DNA of 64,000 nucleotides from an uncultured Bacillaceae bacterium (GCA_947497585.1 CANMHG010000013.1:13568-77567); one strand, 5' to 3'; shown: positions 49,498 to 60,018, counted from the stretch's first letter. A program made the numbers and translations. The notes: generated by a model from the sequence alone, not told the origin.

Positions 49498-49930
49498 AAA
49501 ACCTCCCTCTTCCAAGCAAGAATGTAGCTTTATATAGCTCCCCTTTGTAATCAAAAATAATCGCACCTGATTTGGATAAATTTCCGTTGGAGAGATAAAC
49601 AACTCCTGGAATTAAATTGTTGTAAGGAATCTTTATATTTTCTGTGTAGTTACGTCTTAGAACCTCAAGTCTGCTAGAACCAACTAACATCTTATAATGA
49701 AATTGCTGTTCGACAAAATAAACGTATACTGGCTCGCTATGGCTCATTGCATAGTTTTGGGCATATAGTAAATCAGTCTCTAATGTTTGGATAAAGGATT
49801 GGAGTTGCTTTGCTTCAAAGGCAGGCTTAAGCTGAAGTAGTGTAAGGGAAGTTAATGTAGATAAGATTGTTAAGACCAAAAGAATTTCAATAAGAGTGAA
49901 ACCACTTTGATTATTTTTAGGGAGTTCCAC
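49481..49930 (-). CDS. comGD: Competence pseudopilin ComGD
   Basis: SGF/TLIEIL; DLLYAQNYAM; FLLGRGRF. Confidence 0.85.
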   Translation of the reverse strand: MELPKNNQSGFTLIEILLVLTILSTLTSLTLLQLKPAFEAKQLQSFIQTLETDLLYAQNYAMSHSEPVYVYFVEQQFHYKMLVGSSRLEVLRRNYTENIKIPYNNLIPGVVYLSNGNLSKSGAIIFDYKGELYKATFLLGRGRFYVTKM

Positions 49931-50219
49931 TTTGAGTAACTTCTCCAGTTATTGAATCGATTACAAGTGAATTCCCACCCGGACATTTATCTGTAGTAAT
50001 ATAGTTACCTGTTTTAAGTTCAGCCAATGTCGGAATGGTCTCTTTTTCAATCTCGTATACCTGTACTTGTGCCTGAACCATCTTAATCAATGCATCACAC
50101 CCCTTATCTTTTATAACAGCATTGTGTGAGGTAATGTTTGGAATAGTAATTAGTAGTAATATAGAAATAACGAACAGCACGATGATCATTTCAATTAGTG
50201 TAAAGCCTTTTTCATTCAT
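49917..50219 (-). CDS. comGC: Major competence pilin ComGC
   Basis: KGF/TLIEMIIVLFVISILLLITIPN; GC.A...MVQAQV. Confidence 0.92.
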   Translation of the reverse strand: MNEKGFTLIEMIIVLFVISILLLITIPNITSHNAVIKDKGCDALIKMVQAQVQVYEIEKETIPTLAELKTGNYITTDKCPGGNSLVIDSITGEVTQSGTP

Positions 50220-50235
50220 TGGTATTTATCTCCTT

Positions 50236-51267
50236 TTAGATAGAATTAATAAGCTTAAACATAGGTAGCATGATTGCCATGTACATTGATACGATAATAA
50301 GTCCAATGCTCCCAAATAGGAGTGGTTGGCTTATTTTTAAGAAGCTAGCTATTTTGCTATCTAGTTGTTCTAACGTATATTGGCTATAATGATATAGCTC
50401 TAGGTCAAGGTTTCCGTGGGATTGACCGTGTTTGATGATTTGTGCTAACTCCTTATCAAAATAGGTTCGTGAATGGATGATCGTATCTAGTCTTTCACCT
50501 GAAGTTAGTGAAGCTTTGATTAGTGTAGCTTCTTCTTTGAAAAATTGAGAATGCTGCTGCTCTTCAAAGGATTTAATTGCTTCATAGATTGAGAGTCCAC
50601 CTTTTAATAGATTGCTTAGCTGCACTGAGAAAAAATGAGAATTTAGTAACCGGATCCACTTGTTTATAAACGGTATTTTTACAATAAGCTTCATCTGTTT
50701 AATTGCTGAAACTCTTTTAAAGTATAGGAAGAAAAATAGGAAGCTAATAGCAAGGACGGCTAGTACAACATAAAGACCGATTTTACCAATGTTTGTAAAG
50801 TTTTGTAGGAGGGTTATGAAGAATGAAGTATCGAGGTTCATTGAATCATAAAGCCCCAGAAACTGTGGTAAAAGAACCTTCATCATAACAATAACTATGC
50901 AGCAAACAAAGAAGATAAGGAATAATGGATAACTAATCATTTTCCTAAGCTTTGCGGTGTGTTCTATTCTTCGAGCCAAAATAGAGCTGCCTTCTCGCAG
51001 TGCAAATGAGATATCTCCTTGTTTTTGCGAAAAAAACAAATAAGACAATACATCTTTATGAAACTTTAATTCTGTCAGTATGCTATAAAAGCTCTCCCCC
51101 TCTTTTAGTTTTTGCAATCCACTTTGTAAATCACTTTTACATTTTTGACTCATTTGCAATTGGAGGAATTCGATACCTTGGGTAAGGGAGTAGCCGTGAT
51201 CCAAGAGTTCTCCTAATCTTTTCAAAAAGACCACTTGTTCGTCAGGTTTCCATTTATTCTTGTTCAT
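50236..51267 (-). CDS. comGB: Competence membrane platform protein ComGB
   Basis: FLKRLGELLDHGYSL, YP.FL, NLLKGGLS, GQSHGNL; start reassigned to ATG 51267. Confidence 0.92.
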   Translation of the reverse strand: MNKNKWKPDEQVVFLKRLGELLDHGYSLTQGIEFLQLQMSQKCKSDLQSGLQKLKEGESFYSILTELKFHKDVLSYLFFSQKQGDISFALREGSSILARRIEHTAKLRKMISYPLFLIFFVCCIVIVMMKVLLPQFLGLYDSMNLDTSFFITLLQNFTNIGKIGLYVVLAVLAISFLFFFLYFKRVSAIKQMKLIVKIPFINKWIRLLNSHFFSVQLSNLLKGGLSIYEAIKSFEEQQHSQFFKEEATLIKASLTSGERLDTIIHSRTYFDKELAQIIKHGQSHGNLDLELYHYSQYTLEQLDSKIASFLKISQPLLFGSIGLIIVSMYMAIMLPMFKLINSI

Positions 51268-52324
51268 TTTTGATAACCCATCGTTCCATCTCACTACTAT
51301 CCAAATAACCAAGTGCAATCCCCTTCTTAATCACATCACGTAATTTCAAGTAGTTCCCACTACCCTTTTCACCCTTCGCCTCTTTCATGACCTCTTCTAG
51401 AGCTCGTCCACTTAACAGTTCATACACACTAGCACGCCTAGTTTTTCTCATTTTTTTACAATAGGAAGAGCATTGTCCCTCACAAAATGGACATTTAATA
51501 GTTACGAGTCTTTGAGCTGCAATTGCAATTAATGTTTGTTCGATTTCTTGAAGAGACACATCAAATTCGAGTAGTCGATAAATCGCACCTTTTGTATCTC
51601 TCGTATGCATAGTAGAAAGTACTAAATGTCCTGTAAGTGCCGCACGTACAGCAATTTGAGCCGTTTCAGCATCACGAATCTCACCGACCATGATGATATC
51701 AGGGTCATGCCTCAGTATTGCTTTGAGGCCTGTTGCGTAGGTGATACCTGCTTTTTCGTTTACTTGAACTTGAAGAACATCCTCATTCTTACGTTCAATT
51801 GGGTCCTCAAGGGTAATGATATTCCGGTTGAATAGTTTTTTTGTAGCACCTAACAAGGAGTAAAGAGTAGTGGTTTTACCGGAGCCTGTAGGGCCAGTAA
51901 ACAAAATAAGGCCATGTGAGTGTTTTAAAAGTGAAATTAATTTTTTCGTCGTGTTTGGAAATAGTGAAAGCTGAGACAATGGGTAGGTTGTGTCCTGTGG
52001 AAGTAATCGGATAACCAAACTTTCTTCATAGGCGGTAGGTAATGTTGAAAGACGTAAACTGATTATGGTGTCATGTATGACTGTAGAAAGCGCTCCATTT
52101 TGCGGACGGCGTCTTTCTCCAATATCCATTTCTGCGAGGAACTTAAAATGTGAGATTAAGCGGTCAAATTTTTGTTTTTCGATAATTTCCTTTGTAACTA
52201 GTTCGTGGTCTAGCCTAAACTGGATAATTGCATCATTTCTGCGAGGAACAAAGTGGATATCAGATACTCGATTAATATAGGCATCTTGTAAGATCCTGTC
52301 CCCTAATTGTTCAATTGGATTCAA
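51254..52324 (-). CDS. comGA: Competence ATPase ComGA
   Basis: SDIHFVP, GPTGSGKTTT, TLEDPIE, LRHDPDIIMVGEIRD. Confidence 0.95.
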   Translation of the reverse strand: MNPIEQLGDRILQDAYINRVSDIHFVPRRNDAIIQFRLDHELVTKEIIEKQKFDRLISHFKFLAEMDIGERRRPQNGALSTVIHDTIISLRLSTLPTAYEESLVIRLLPQDTTYPLSQLSLFPNTTKKLISLLKHSHGLILFTGPTGSGKTTTLYSLLGATKKLFNRNIITLEDPIERKNEDVLQVQVNEKAGITYATGLKAILRHDPDIIMVGEIRDAETAQIAVRAALTGHLVLSTMHTRDTKGAIYRLLEFDVSLQEIEQTLIAIAAQRLVTIKCPFCEGQCSSYCKKMRKTRRASVYELLSGRALEEVMKEAKGEKGSGNYLKLRDVIKKGIALGYLDSSEMERWVIKNEQE

Positions 52325-52589
52325 TAATAATCACCTCATTTATTTTTATATAACTATATCATTTCAACAAAAAGTGACATTTCCCTTCAAATTTTTTATT
52401 GTTTTGTAAATTTTGTGTAAACTTTTCACAAATTGGCCACATTCCTTTTCCTCCATGGTTTCTCTCCCCTTTTTGCCATTAAACAGGGGTAAATTAGGTA
52501 GGTCTAATCTACTAAATCTTAATACTAGCTTAATATTCAATTGTTATAATTTGGCGTATTAGGATGATGAAGATGATGGGGGCAGAAGT

Positions 52590-54338
52590 ATGAATAAGTT
52601 TATTCACAATTTAAAAAAGAGCTTACTAAACAAACAGTCGAAAACAAGTTTCGTAAATCCCTTTAGTAAATTTAAGTTTAGTAAACTTAGTCTACGTAGT
52701 AGATTGTCATTCCTTTTTGTTATATTACTAATTACCTCACTAACAACTGTAGGGGTAAGCTCTTATTTTCAAGCAAAAAATGCGACGATACAAACAATTG
52801 AAAGTAGGTTAGAAAGAGAAGCCGAAATGATGGGGTATGTTGCTAAAAATCTAAAATTTCTATATGTAAGTGATGATTCATATTTTAAACAACAACTTGA
52901 GGTTAGTGTTCGCGATCAACAAAAACAACTAGAGAAAGATGGAATTGTTTCAAGCATTTATACGATTTCTAATAAGACGGTAACACCCTTTAAGAGTAGT
53001 AAGGATAGTTCAATCTCTTTCTCAGATACGTTTATCGATAAAATAACCCAATCTGACAAAGCTGTTTTTCAAGAAAAGATACATGGTGAAGATTATACCA
53101 TTTCCACTTTAAAAATGAATGAGGTTAATGGGCATTATCTTTTAGTCGTTCCTACTAAATCATACTTAGGAACTGTTACAAAAATGGCCATCTTTACAAT
53201 TATTACTGTAGTAATAAGTATTATTATCTCTTCAATCATTCTTAGCCTTTTTGTTAAAAGCTTAACAAAACCGCTGATGAGATTGACTGATATAATGAGA
53301 GAAGTACGTGACGGTAATTTAGTAGAGCTATCTAATTCTTTACAGACAAAGATACCAGAGATACGTTCTTTAGATAAGAGCTTTCATACAATGCTAACTC
53401 AAATGCGAATGATTATAAAAGAGATAAATGAAACAACAAATCAATTAGAAACAACAGGTGGAAATCTGAGTTGTACTTCAGAAGATGCTTTAGAATATAG
53501 CCGTCAGTTAATAAAGGCTATTAATGTTGTAAAAGAAGGTGCAGAACAGACTGCGATAAGCTCTGAAAGTAATGTAGCAAGCTATCATGCTATGAAAGAA
53601 AATGTGGATAAATTATTACATAATATGAATACAGTGTTTAAAAGTTCAGAAGACATGAATAGATCAGCTATTCGTGGTGAACAGAATAATTCAGTTTTAA
53701 TCGAAAAAACCCTTTCTTTTGAGAAAGATTTTGAACATATGACATCTACGGTAAAGCAAGTACAGTATCATTCAAATTCTATTTCGAATTTAGTAGGACT
53801 TATAAAAAAAATTGCAGAACAAACAAAGTTGTTATCACTGAATGCTTCTATCGAGGCTGCTAGGGCAGGTGAAGCTGGTAAAGGATTCGCTGTAGTTGCG
53901 CAGGAAGTAGGTAAACTGGCGGAGGAATCCTCAAAAGCTAGTAAGGAGATATCTAGTTCGATTTCAGAAATGGAAAAAGTAACATACGTTGCTACCGAAG
54001 AGTTTGACCAAATGCTACAAAAGATAAGAATAAACCTTTCAAGTGCACATGATTCCAAAGAGTCCTTTGACCATCTTATGAACGTAATTTCTAGTTTAAC
54101 AATTAAGTTAGAAGATATGAAATCTGAATTATTTGAGTTAAAAGAAGGAATCCCACAACTGGAAGAAGCAACAATCCGCTTTGCCTCAGTATCACAAGAA
54201 ACATTAGCAAGCAGCGAGGAAATGTTAGCCACAAGTGAAAATCAAATTGTCCAAATGGAAAGTACGCATGAGGCTGGTATGAAGTTGAGCCAACTATCTA
54301 AGTCTCTATCACAACTTTCTAAGAGGTTTAAATTATAA
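52590..54338 (+). CDS. Methyl-accepting chemotaxis protein
   Basis: Two TM segments, [44 protein letters not shown]. Confidence 0.95.
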   Translation: MNKFIHNLKKSLLNKQSKTSFVNPFSKFKFSKLSLRSRLSFLFVILLITSLTTVGVSSYFQAKNATIQTIESRLEREAEMMGYVAKNLKFLYVSDDSYFKQQLEVSVRDQQKQLEKDGIVSSIYTISNKTVTPFKSSKDSSISFSDTFIDKITQSDKAVFQEKIHGEDYTISTLKMNEVNGHYLLVVPTKSYLGTVTKMAIFTIITVVISIIISSIILSLFVKSLTKPLMRLTDIMREVRDGNLVELSNSLQTKIPEIRSLDKSFHTMLTQMRMIIKEINETTNQLETTGGNLSCTSEDALEYSRQLIKAINVVKEGAEQTAISSESNVASYHAMKENVDKLLHNMNTVFKSSEDMNRSAIRGEQNNSVLIEKTLSFEKDFEHMTSTVKQVQYHSNSISNLVGLIKKIAEQTKLLSLNASIEAARAGEAGKGFAVVAQEVGKLAEESSKASKEISSSISEMEKVTYVATEEFDQMLQKIRINLSSAHDSKESFDHLMNVISSLTIKLEDMKSELFELKEGIPQLEEATIRFASVSQETLASSEEMLATSENQIVQMESTHEAGMKLSQLSKSLSQLSKRFKL

Positions 54339-54345
54339 AAACAAG

Positions 54346-54384
54346 AGCGCAACCACTTATAATAATGGTTGCGCTTCTGTTTTT
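54346..54384 (+). terminator. Intrinsic terminator after the MCP gene
   Basis: AGCGCAACCA-N10-TGGTTGCGCT followed by TCTGTTTTT. Confidence 0.75.
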
Positions 54385-55054
54385 ACTGTAGATACTTCGG
54401 AGGGGGTGTTTCATGTGACTTATAGTTAACTTCTGAAAAAATATCTGGCTGTTCATTTTCTTGCTTTTGTGATGCAGGTGGCGTAGGCTCAACTGCAGGC
54501 TCATTAAACTTAGTAATTAATTTCACTTTAGGTAAACGCTGATTAAACAGCATCTTTAACTCCTTAATATCATTTTGGATTTGTTCAACATCCTGCTTTG
54601 TGGCAGGTTGTAGATGATCTTTTAGGATAAACCCTAATTGTCCATTGGGTTCTAATGTTGCCCACTTAACATCTGATATTCTGGCTACATTTCCTTGACG
54701 CAGCTTCATTTCAAGTTGGTCAACTGTTAATCTCATCTTTTTTATGTTTTTTACATTCAATTCTCCATTTTCAATAACCATCTTAGATTTACCCGTGATA
54801 AAATTCTCTAGTTTATCTGACTTTATTTGGCCATATTCCATAACGATTAGTGTTAAAATTAGAACTGCTCCTACCCCGATTGTTACCCAAATGTTTCTGT
54901 CTGAAAGAGGCTGAACAAGCAATGACCCAATACCAATCATGATAACCGTTTGAGCTAATGTCATTTGAGAGATTGACTTTCTTCCTGCAAATCTTAACAA
55001 GAAAGTACCTGCTACTATAATCAGTACTGCCTTCCAAATCCAGTTAAAATCCAT
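54383..55054 (-). CDS. DUF421 (YetF-like) membrane protein
   Basis: GRKSISQMT, LEMKLRQ..V, ATLEPNGQLG. Confidence 0.85.
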   Translation of the reverse strand: MDFNWIWKAVLIIVAGTFLLRFAGRKSISQMTLAQTVIMIGIGSLLVQPLSDRNIWVTIGVGAVLILTLIVMEYGQIKSDKLENFITGKSKMVIENGELNVKNIKKMRLTVDQLEMKLRQGNVARISDVKWATLEPNGQLGFILKDHLQPATKQDVEQIQNDIKELKMLFNQRLPKVKLITKFNEPAVEPTPPASQKQENEQPDIFSEVNYKSHETPPPKYLQ

Positions 55055-55389
55055 TTATAAAAGCTCCTTTAAAAGATAGTTTTCTGTTTGTTATTGTTTA
55101 GAAAATATGCTATCCCTATACACTTTTTAAAGTTTTTTCATTTTTTCCGTATATTCACTCGCTAAACGGTTATGATAAATTATGTACCATCAAGTAATTA
55201 TTTTAAATGGAGATTTCAATTGTACCTTTTAGTTTAAGTATTTCACCTTGATGGTTTATTTCGTCTTGAAAGGTATTCAGCTGTCGATGATATTTCGCAA
55301 TATTTCCTGCTGAAATATTACAAAATATCCTCTTGCGGTGCGGATTCATGAAGTTAATTCAAAGAAGATGATTTATGTTTGCTTCTCAA

Positions 55390-55461
55390 TGGGCTATAGC
55401 CAAGCGGTAAGGCAACGGACTTTGACTCCGTCATGCGTTGGTTCGAATCCAGCTAGCCCAG
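55390..55461 (+). tRNA. tRNA-Gln (TTG)
   Basis: TGGGCTA/TAGCCCA acceptor stem, ACGGA-CT-TTG-AC-TCCGT anticodon arm, GGTTCGAATCC T-loop; CCA not encoded. Confidence 0.97.
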
Positions 55462-55468
55462 CTATTTT

Positions 55469-55502
55469 AAAAAGAGCTAACTCCTAGAGTTATGCTCTTT
55501 TT
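55469..55502 (+). terminator. Terminator after tRNA-Gln
   Basis: AAAAGAGC-TAACTC-cta-GAGTTA-t-GCTCTTTTT. Confidence 0.75.
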
Positions 55503-55669
55503 GACATTTTATTGAATCTTTCTCTTTTTTTGTGAATATAGCCGTCATACTGTGATATAAATCATAGCGTTACTACTATGCTCATCGTATATACTATCCC
55601 TATACATTAAAAGCGGTCTAACATTTTTGAAGATATAAAATGAAGTCAGTAGGGGTAGGAGTGAGAAGG

Positions 55670-56371
55670 ATGGAACAAACATTAAAGATTACAAACGTAC
55701 TGTCTGATCCAACACGTTATTATATTTACCAATCTGTAATTAAAAGACATGGAGAAGTAACTGTTCAAGAGATTGCTGATGAATTCAATATTCATCCCAA
55801 TGTAGCTAGACTGCATTTAACGAAATTAGAAGATGTAAATATGTTGATTTCAGAGACTAAAAAGACAGGAAAAGGTGGAAGACCTAGTAGGCTATATCGA
55901 CTATCTGAGGATGTCATACAGTTGCACTTTCCAGCTCGTGATTATAAGCTTCTTGCAAAGATTGCTATACGTTCAATGATGTCACTCGGCGAGGCTGGTA
56001 AAGATGCATTATATGAAACTGGAAGAGTGTTTGGTCAAGAACTAGTATCTTGTCATCTCTCAGCAAATAGCGGTTCTCCTTTTGATTTAGCCTTTGATCA
56101 AAAATTGGAGATTCTAAAGGATGCTTCTGATACAGCAGGATTCTATCCTGAATTTCATCATAATCTTGATAAATCAAAAATCTTTTTTAAAATCTATAAT
56201 TGTCCTTTCAAGGAAATCGCTAAAACGAACCATGAAACCATCTGTACGATGCATTTTGCCTTTTTAAATGGAATGTTTTCTGTATTATTTAATGATGTGG
56301 AGTTAATTGAAGAAGAAAATATGATGTTAAATTGTGAATCTTGCAGCTATCAAGCACTTATTTCGAATTAA
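55670..56371 (+). CDS. ArsR-like HTH domain transcriptional regulator
   Basis: LSDPTRYYIY, HPNVARLHL.KL, GGRPSRLY, YNCPFKE..C..H; start reassigned to ATG 55670. Confidence 0.8.
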   Translation: MEQTLKITNVLSDPTRYYIYQSVIKRHGEVTVQEIADEFNIHPNVARLHLTKLEDVNMLISETKKTGKGGRPSRLYRLSEDVIQLHFPARDYKLLAKIAIRSMMSLGEAGKDALYETGRVFGQELVSCHLSANSGSPFDLAFDQKLEILKDASDTAGFYPEFHHNLDKSKIFFKIYNCPFKEIAKTNHETICTMHFAFLNGMFSVLFNDVELIEEENMMLNCESCSYQALISN

Positions 56372-56518
56372 TGTTACCAATATGAGGAAAGCTATATCTC
56401 AGTGGAGCATAGTGAAAACTCCACTGGGAGAAGTTTATCGTAAAGTAATATTTACAATTCACTTTAACTTACATTATAATAGTTAAGTGATGGATAGAGG
56501 TATAAAGGAGGGATACAT

Positions 56519-56761
56519 ATGGATCGTATGTTCCGCGTATTAGGATTTTGGACAGGTATATTCGCAGTAATGTTTTACCTTGGCCACATGGAGCAAACTG
56601 CATTACTTTTCTTTGCTCAAACTGGATTCTTTATTCTTTTAAGTTATTTAAAATTGTCTGAACGTATGTATATTTATGTTTTCGGCGCATATTTAGCAAT
56701 TTTCTTTGCTGGATTTACCTACTGGACAACATTTATGATGGTTCCTGGGGCAACCCATTAA
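56519..56761 (+). CDS. DUF2626 (YqgY-like) small membrane protein
   Basis: MDRMFRVLGFWTGIFAVMFYLG. Confidence 0.8.
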   Translation: MDRMFRVLGFWTGIFAVMFYLGHMEQTALLFFAQTGFFILLSYLKLSERMYIYVFGAYLAIFFAGFTYWTTFMMVPGATH

Positions 56762-56787
56762 AAAGCGATGATATCATCGCTTTTTTT
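56761..56787. terminator. Bidirectional terminator
   Basis: AAAAGCGATG-atat-CATCGCTTTTTTT between convergent genes. Confidence 0.75.
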
Positions 56788-56790
56788 CTT

Positions 56791-57912
56791 TTACCATGAT
56801 TCTCTTAAGGTTTCATCCCATGGTATTGAGACATTTTTGTCTTGGATTACTACATGAAATGCTGCACTCATACTACCTTCCATAATTAATGAACGAAGTG
56901 CACGGTTTTGTTTACTTTTTTCTGAAAAAGGGTTTGTATCATGGTGTTCTTGTAAGTAATCAAGGATACCAGCAGCTAATAAAAAACGATCTTGCCTTAA
57001 TTTTGTAACATACTTTAATCCATGCTTTTCCCCTGTAGCCACCAAAGAATCAAAATGAATATGCGTTGTTAAATCCATCTCTCCAGGATGCTCTAAAGCA
57101 CTCTCAACAAGTTGATGCTTATAATATCCTCTTAGACTACCTTTGCTATGTTCTGGCTGCATCCACTCTTCATTTGTGTAGCCATAATCCACCGTTATTA
57201 CTATACCTTTATTGATCCATGTACCCAGCTTTTCAATATGCTCTTGCATTGCTAGTGGAACTTCAAATCTCTGTTTTTCTTTTACGGAGATGTTTTGTTC
57301 TTCAAGGTAAGTGAGGATTGCTTTATTAGTCAATGGGGTATACCTTTCAACTAATTGACCTTCATTTTCTAGACTTACCATGACCTCAAACAGCTCATTA
57401 TTATGCTTTTCAATCACTCTTACTGGAAAGGCATCATAAAGTTCATTTGAGAAAATGATTCCGTTAAATTCAGAATATATGTTTTCCATGTCCTCTAAAC
57501 TTTGGAATTGCTTAATGTTAGGATGAGTTTCTAGTAAGCTTTGTTGTAGTGATCGATGGTAAGGACTACTTTCGATTAATGTATAGGTTAGGCGATCATA
57601 AAGGTCTGGATCTTTACCTTGTACTTCATCCAAAATTGCTTTTGCGAATCGACCATTTCCTCCACCAATCTCACATATGTGAGGCATTATATCCCCTTTT
57701 GAAAGTAACTTAATAAAAACGTCTGCAAAAAGAATGCCAAATACATTAGAAATGTTGCTAGATGTTATAAAGTCTCCACCCTTACCGATTTTTTCTTTTT
57801 GCTTCATGTAATATCCGAAATCAGGATGGTATAATACGATATTCATATAGTCATCATAAGGAATTTGACCTGTTTTAGACTGGGAAATTACATGTTTTAA
57901 ATAATCTATCAT
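56791..57912 (-). CDS. SAM-dependent methyltransferase, MidA/NDUFAF7 family
   Basis: GYYM....IG..GDFITS, EIGGGNG, SNELYDAFP, DYGY, DLTTHI.F. Confidence 0.88.
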   Translation of the reverse strand: MIDYLKHVISQSKTGQIPYDDYMNIVLYHPDFGYYMKQKEKIGKGGDFITSSNISNVFGILFADVFIKLLSKGDIMPHICEIGGGNGRFAKAILDEVQGKDPDLYDRLTYTLIESSPYHRSLQQSLLETHPNIKQFQSLEDMENIYSEFNGIIFSNELYDAFPVRVIEKHNNELFEVMVSLENEGQLVERYTPLTNKAILTYLEEQNISVKEKQRFEVPLAMQEHIEKLGTWINKGIVITVDYGYTNEEWMQPEHSKGSLRGYYKHQLVESALEHPGEMDLTTHIHFDSLVATGEKHGLKYVTKLRQDRFLLAAGILDYLQEHHDTNPFSEKSKQNRALRSLIMEGSMSAAFHVVIQDKNVSIPWDETLRESW

Positions 57913-57974
57913 AATGTCACCTTCTCGTATGTTTGCACTATTGACACGGTAAAAACTTTGTTATATCTTTAGTG

Positions 57975-58055
57975 TAGTAGCTTACAATATCCCCTCCCAT
58001 TATTTTAATAGAGTATCCCTAGAGGTCCCTTCTCGTCGGTCGAGAAGGGATTTTT
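57975..58055 (+). ncRNA. Candidate C-rich small regulatory RNA
   Basis: TTGACA (57941-57946), 17 nt, TATCTT (57964-57969); ATCCCCTCCC and ATCCCT motifs; terminator TCCCTTCTCG-N5-CGAGAAGGGA-TTTTT; no plus-strand ORF. Confidence 0.55.
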
Positions 58056-58065
58056 ACTTTTTATC

Positions 58066-58713
58066 CTAAAACCCATGCAAAAACGGATTATCGTCCATCT
58101 CAGCTTGAATAGTTGTCTCAGGTCCATGGCCAGATAAAACGATTGTTTCTTCTGGTAAAGAAAGAAGCTTCTTATGGATGCTTGAAAGAAGTAGCTCAGA
58201 ATTCCCCCCAGGAAGGTCTGTACGCCCGATACTTCCTGCAAATAGTGCGTCACCTGAAAAGACTACTTCAGCTTCTTCATGGTAGAAAGAAACACTACCT
58301 GGCGAATGTCCTGGTGTATGGAATAGCTCAAACGTAAATGAACCTACTGTTAACTTTCCTTCTTCCTTAAGAAGAACATCTGCGTGATTTATTCTAACTT
58401 CATTGCCCATAAAAAATCTAGAACCATTTAATGAAGAATCACCAAGCCAGTTTTTCTCACTTTCATGTATGTACACTTTGATGCAATATTGATTTCTTAC
58501 TTCATCTACTGCCCCTATATGGTCGAAATGAGCATGTGTTAATAATATTGCCAATGGCTTTAATCCCTGACGGTTAAGGGTTGCTATCAATTTTTGACCG
58601 TCACCACCTGGATCAAATATTACACATTCTTTCTGTTGATTAGATAAAATATAGGCATTGGTCGATAACGGACCAAGCGGAACTCTTTGCCATTTCATAC
58701 TATGTACCTCCAT
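58066..58713 (-). CDS. MBL-fold metallo-hydrolase (YqgX-like, glyoxalase II family)
   Basis: THAHFDHIGA, HTPGHSPG, GDALF, GHG. Confidence 0.92.
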   Translation of the reverse strand: MEVHSMKWQRVPLGPLSTNAYILSNQQKECVIFDPGGDGQKLIATLNRQGLKPLAILLTHAHFDHIGAVDEVRNQYCIKVYIHESEKNWLGDSSLNGSRFFMGNEVRINHADVLLKEEGKLTVGSFTFELFHTPGHSPGSVSFYHEEAEVVFSGDALFAGSIGRTDLPGGNSELLLSSIHKKLLSLPEETIVLSGHGPETTIQAEMDDNPFLHGF

Positions 58714-58787
58714 TGCAGTTATTATCTTTCTATTTTACACTATAATTATACTATCGAAAAATGAATACATATAAGGAGGCTTAAATC

Positions 58788-59297
58788 ATGTTACTAAGAT
58801 TTGGGCTTGAGATGAGTATTGTGAAGGATAAGTTACCCGGCTACACAGCAACACTAATTAAAGAAATTGCAGATGTGGCTACAATCATTGACCGTGATGA
58901 GCAGCTTCTAATTGTAGCTACTGCCAAAGAAGCTTTAGAATTACAAGATTTTCTTATAGCAAAAAATCTCTTTGAAGACTTTTTCCTGCTAATTGAGCTT
59001 CACAACCCTGAAACAAAAGAAACATTTTACGATTATGGAATTCACTCTCTTCAAGAAAAAGATTATTTATTTCTTGAAATGGTCTCTGTATTTACCATCG
59101 ACAAGGGGAAAAAAGAACAAATCGAGATGTCTCTGTATCAATTTGAGGAGCATCTACTTTGTATCGATACCGGATATGAATCAAAGAAGTATTATTATGT
59201 AGATCGTAACTTTATTGATCTGGTAAATAAAATTGCACAAGCATATGACATAGAAGTTTCATTTTTTGACCTCGACAAATTAAGTGAAAAAGATTAA
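58788..59297 (+). CDS. Hypothetical protein
   Basis: 169-aa ORF with AAGGAGG RBS, divergent from the MBL hydrolase. Confidence 0.7.
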   Translation: MLLRFGLEMSIVKDKLPGYTATLIKEIADVATIIDRDEQLLIVATAKEALELQDFLIAKNLFEDFFLLIELHNPETKETFYDYGIHSLQEKDYLFLEMVSVFTIDKGKKEQIEMSLYQFEEHLLCIDTGYESKKYYYVDRNFIDLVNKIAQAYDIEVSFFDLDKLSEKD

Positions 59298-59468
59298 AAT
59301 AGGTAACGTACAAGTCCGTAAATCTACATATAGAAAGTATAGTAGATCATTAAAATTATGGAAATAATATGAGAAGGTTTATTTTCTCTAGCGTCAGATA
59401 TTATTGGTTATAAAAGATCTGGCATACACAACAACAATTTATACAATAGTAGTAAGGGGGCAAAATAA

Positions 59469-59642
59469 ATGGGTCTAGTAATTATTTTTGCATTAGTAAC
59501 TATTTTTTCTGTTTTTGGTGCATTACACTCGATTCGCACTAAAAACCTACTTGGGATTATGTTTTCTCTAGGAACTGTAGCTGTTTTTGGTTGGTTCACA
59601 ATCATGACAGTACTAAACCATGGTTTCCCTACAGCGCATTAA
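59469..59642 (+). CDS. DUF2759 (YqgW-like) small membrane protein, 57 aa
   Basis: Hand-translated MGLVIIFALVTIFSVFGALHSIRTKNLLGIMFSLGTVAVFGWFTIMTVLNHGFPTAH; RBS and downstream terminator; missed by ORF track. Confidence 0.85.
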   Translation: MGLVIIFALVTIFSVFGALHSIRTKNLLGIMFSLGTVAVFGWFTIMTVLNHGFPTAH

Positions 59643-59663
59643 TTAATAAGAAAAAGTATAAGC

Positions 59664-59694
59664 AAAAAAGCCATCAATTAGGATGGCTTTTTTT
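59664..59694. terminator. Bidirectional terminator
   Basis: AAAAAAGCCATC-N6-GATGGCTTTTTT. Confidence 0.8.
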
Positions 59695-59696
59695 GT

Positions 59697-60005
59697 TTAC
59701 ATTTTACTACGGACACTTTGAAGCTTATCATCCATTTTCACTTTTTTATCACGTCTATCATCAATTCGAATATTCGTTGCCACTCGCTTTATACCTTGAT
59801 TAAAAGGTGCCTCATGAATCGCTTGAATAACTTCAAAGAGAGACGGTAATTCCCCTTCAATTAAAGTGCTCATTGGAGTTAGCTGAAAGTTTATAGTGCC
59901 CTTCTCCTGGTAACTCTCAAGGATTTTTTGTATTTCAGCCACATACTTACTCACACTTGGTGAATCTGTTCCTATGGGGATAACAGTTACATCTACAATT
60001 GCCAA
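59697..60005 (-). CDS. MTH1187-family thiamine-binding protein (YqgV-like)
   Basis: IPIGT.SPSVSKYVA, LTPMSTLIEG, RIDDRRDK. Confidence 0.88.
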   Translation of the reverse strand: MAIVDVTVIPIGTDSPSVSKYVAEIQKILESYQEKGTINFQLTPMSTLIEGELPSLFEVIQAIHEAPFNQGIKRVATNIRIDDRRDKKVKMDDKLQSVRSKM

Positions 60006-60018
60006 ATGAAATCTCTCC

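Noticed and set aside
52325-52460. ComK boxes upstream of comGA
   Set aside because: Only one imperfect AAAA-N5-TTTT match (AAAAgtgacATTT) in very AT-rich DNA; not separable from background by eye.
55390-55502. tRNA-Gln as an integration site of a prophage or island
   Set aside because: No integrase, no duplicated tRNA 3' end, and the flanks are conserved backbone genes.
58005-58253. 82-aa minus-strand ORF
   Set aside because: Alternate frame overlapping the MBL hydrolase 3' end and the sRNA candidate; no RBS or motif.
59408-59605. 65-aa minus-strand ORF
   Set aside because: It is the antisense shadow of the plus-strand YqgW-like gene at 59469-59642.
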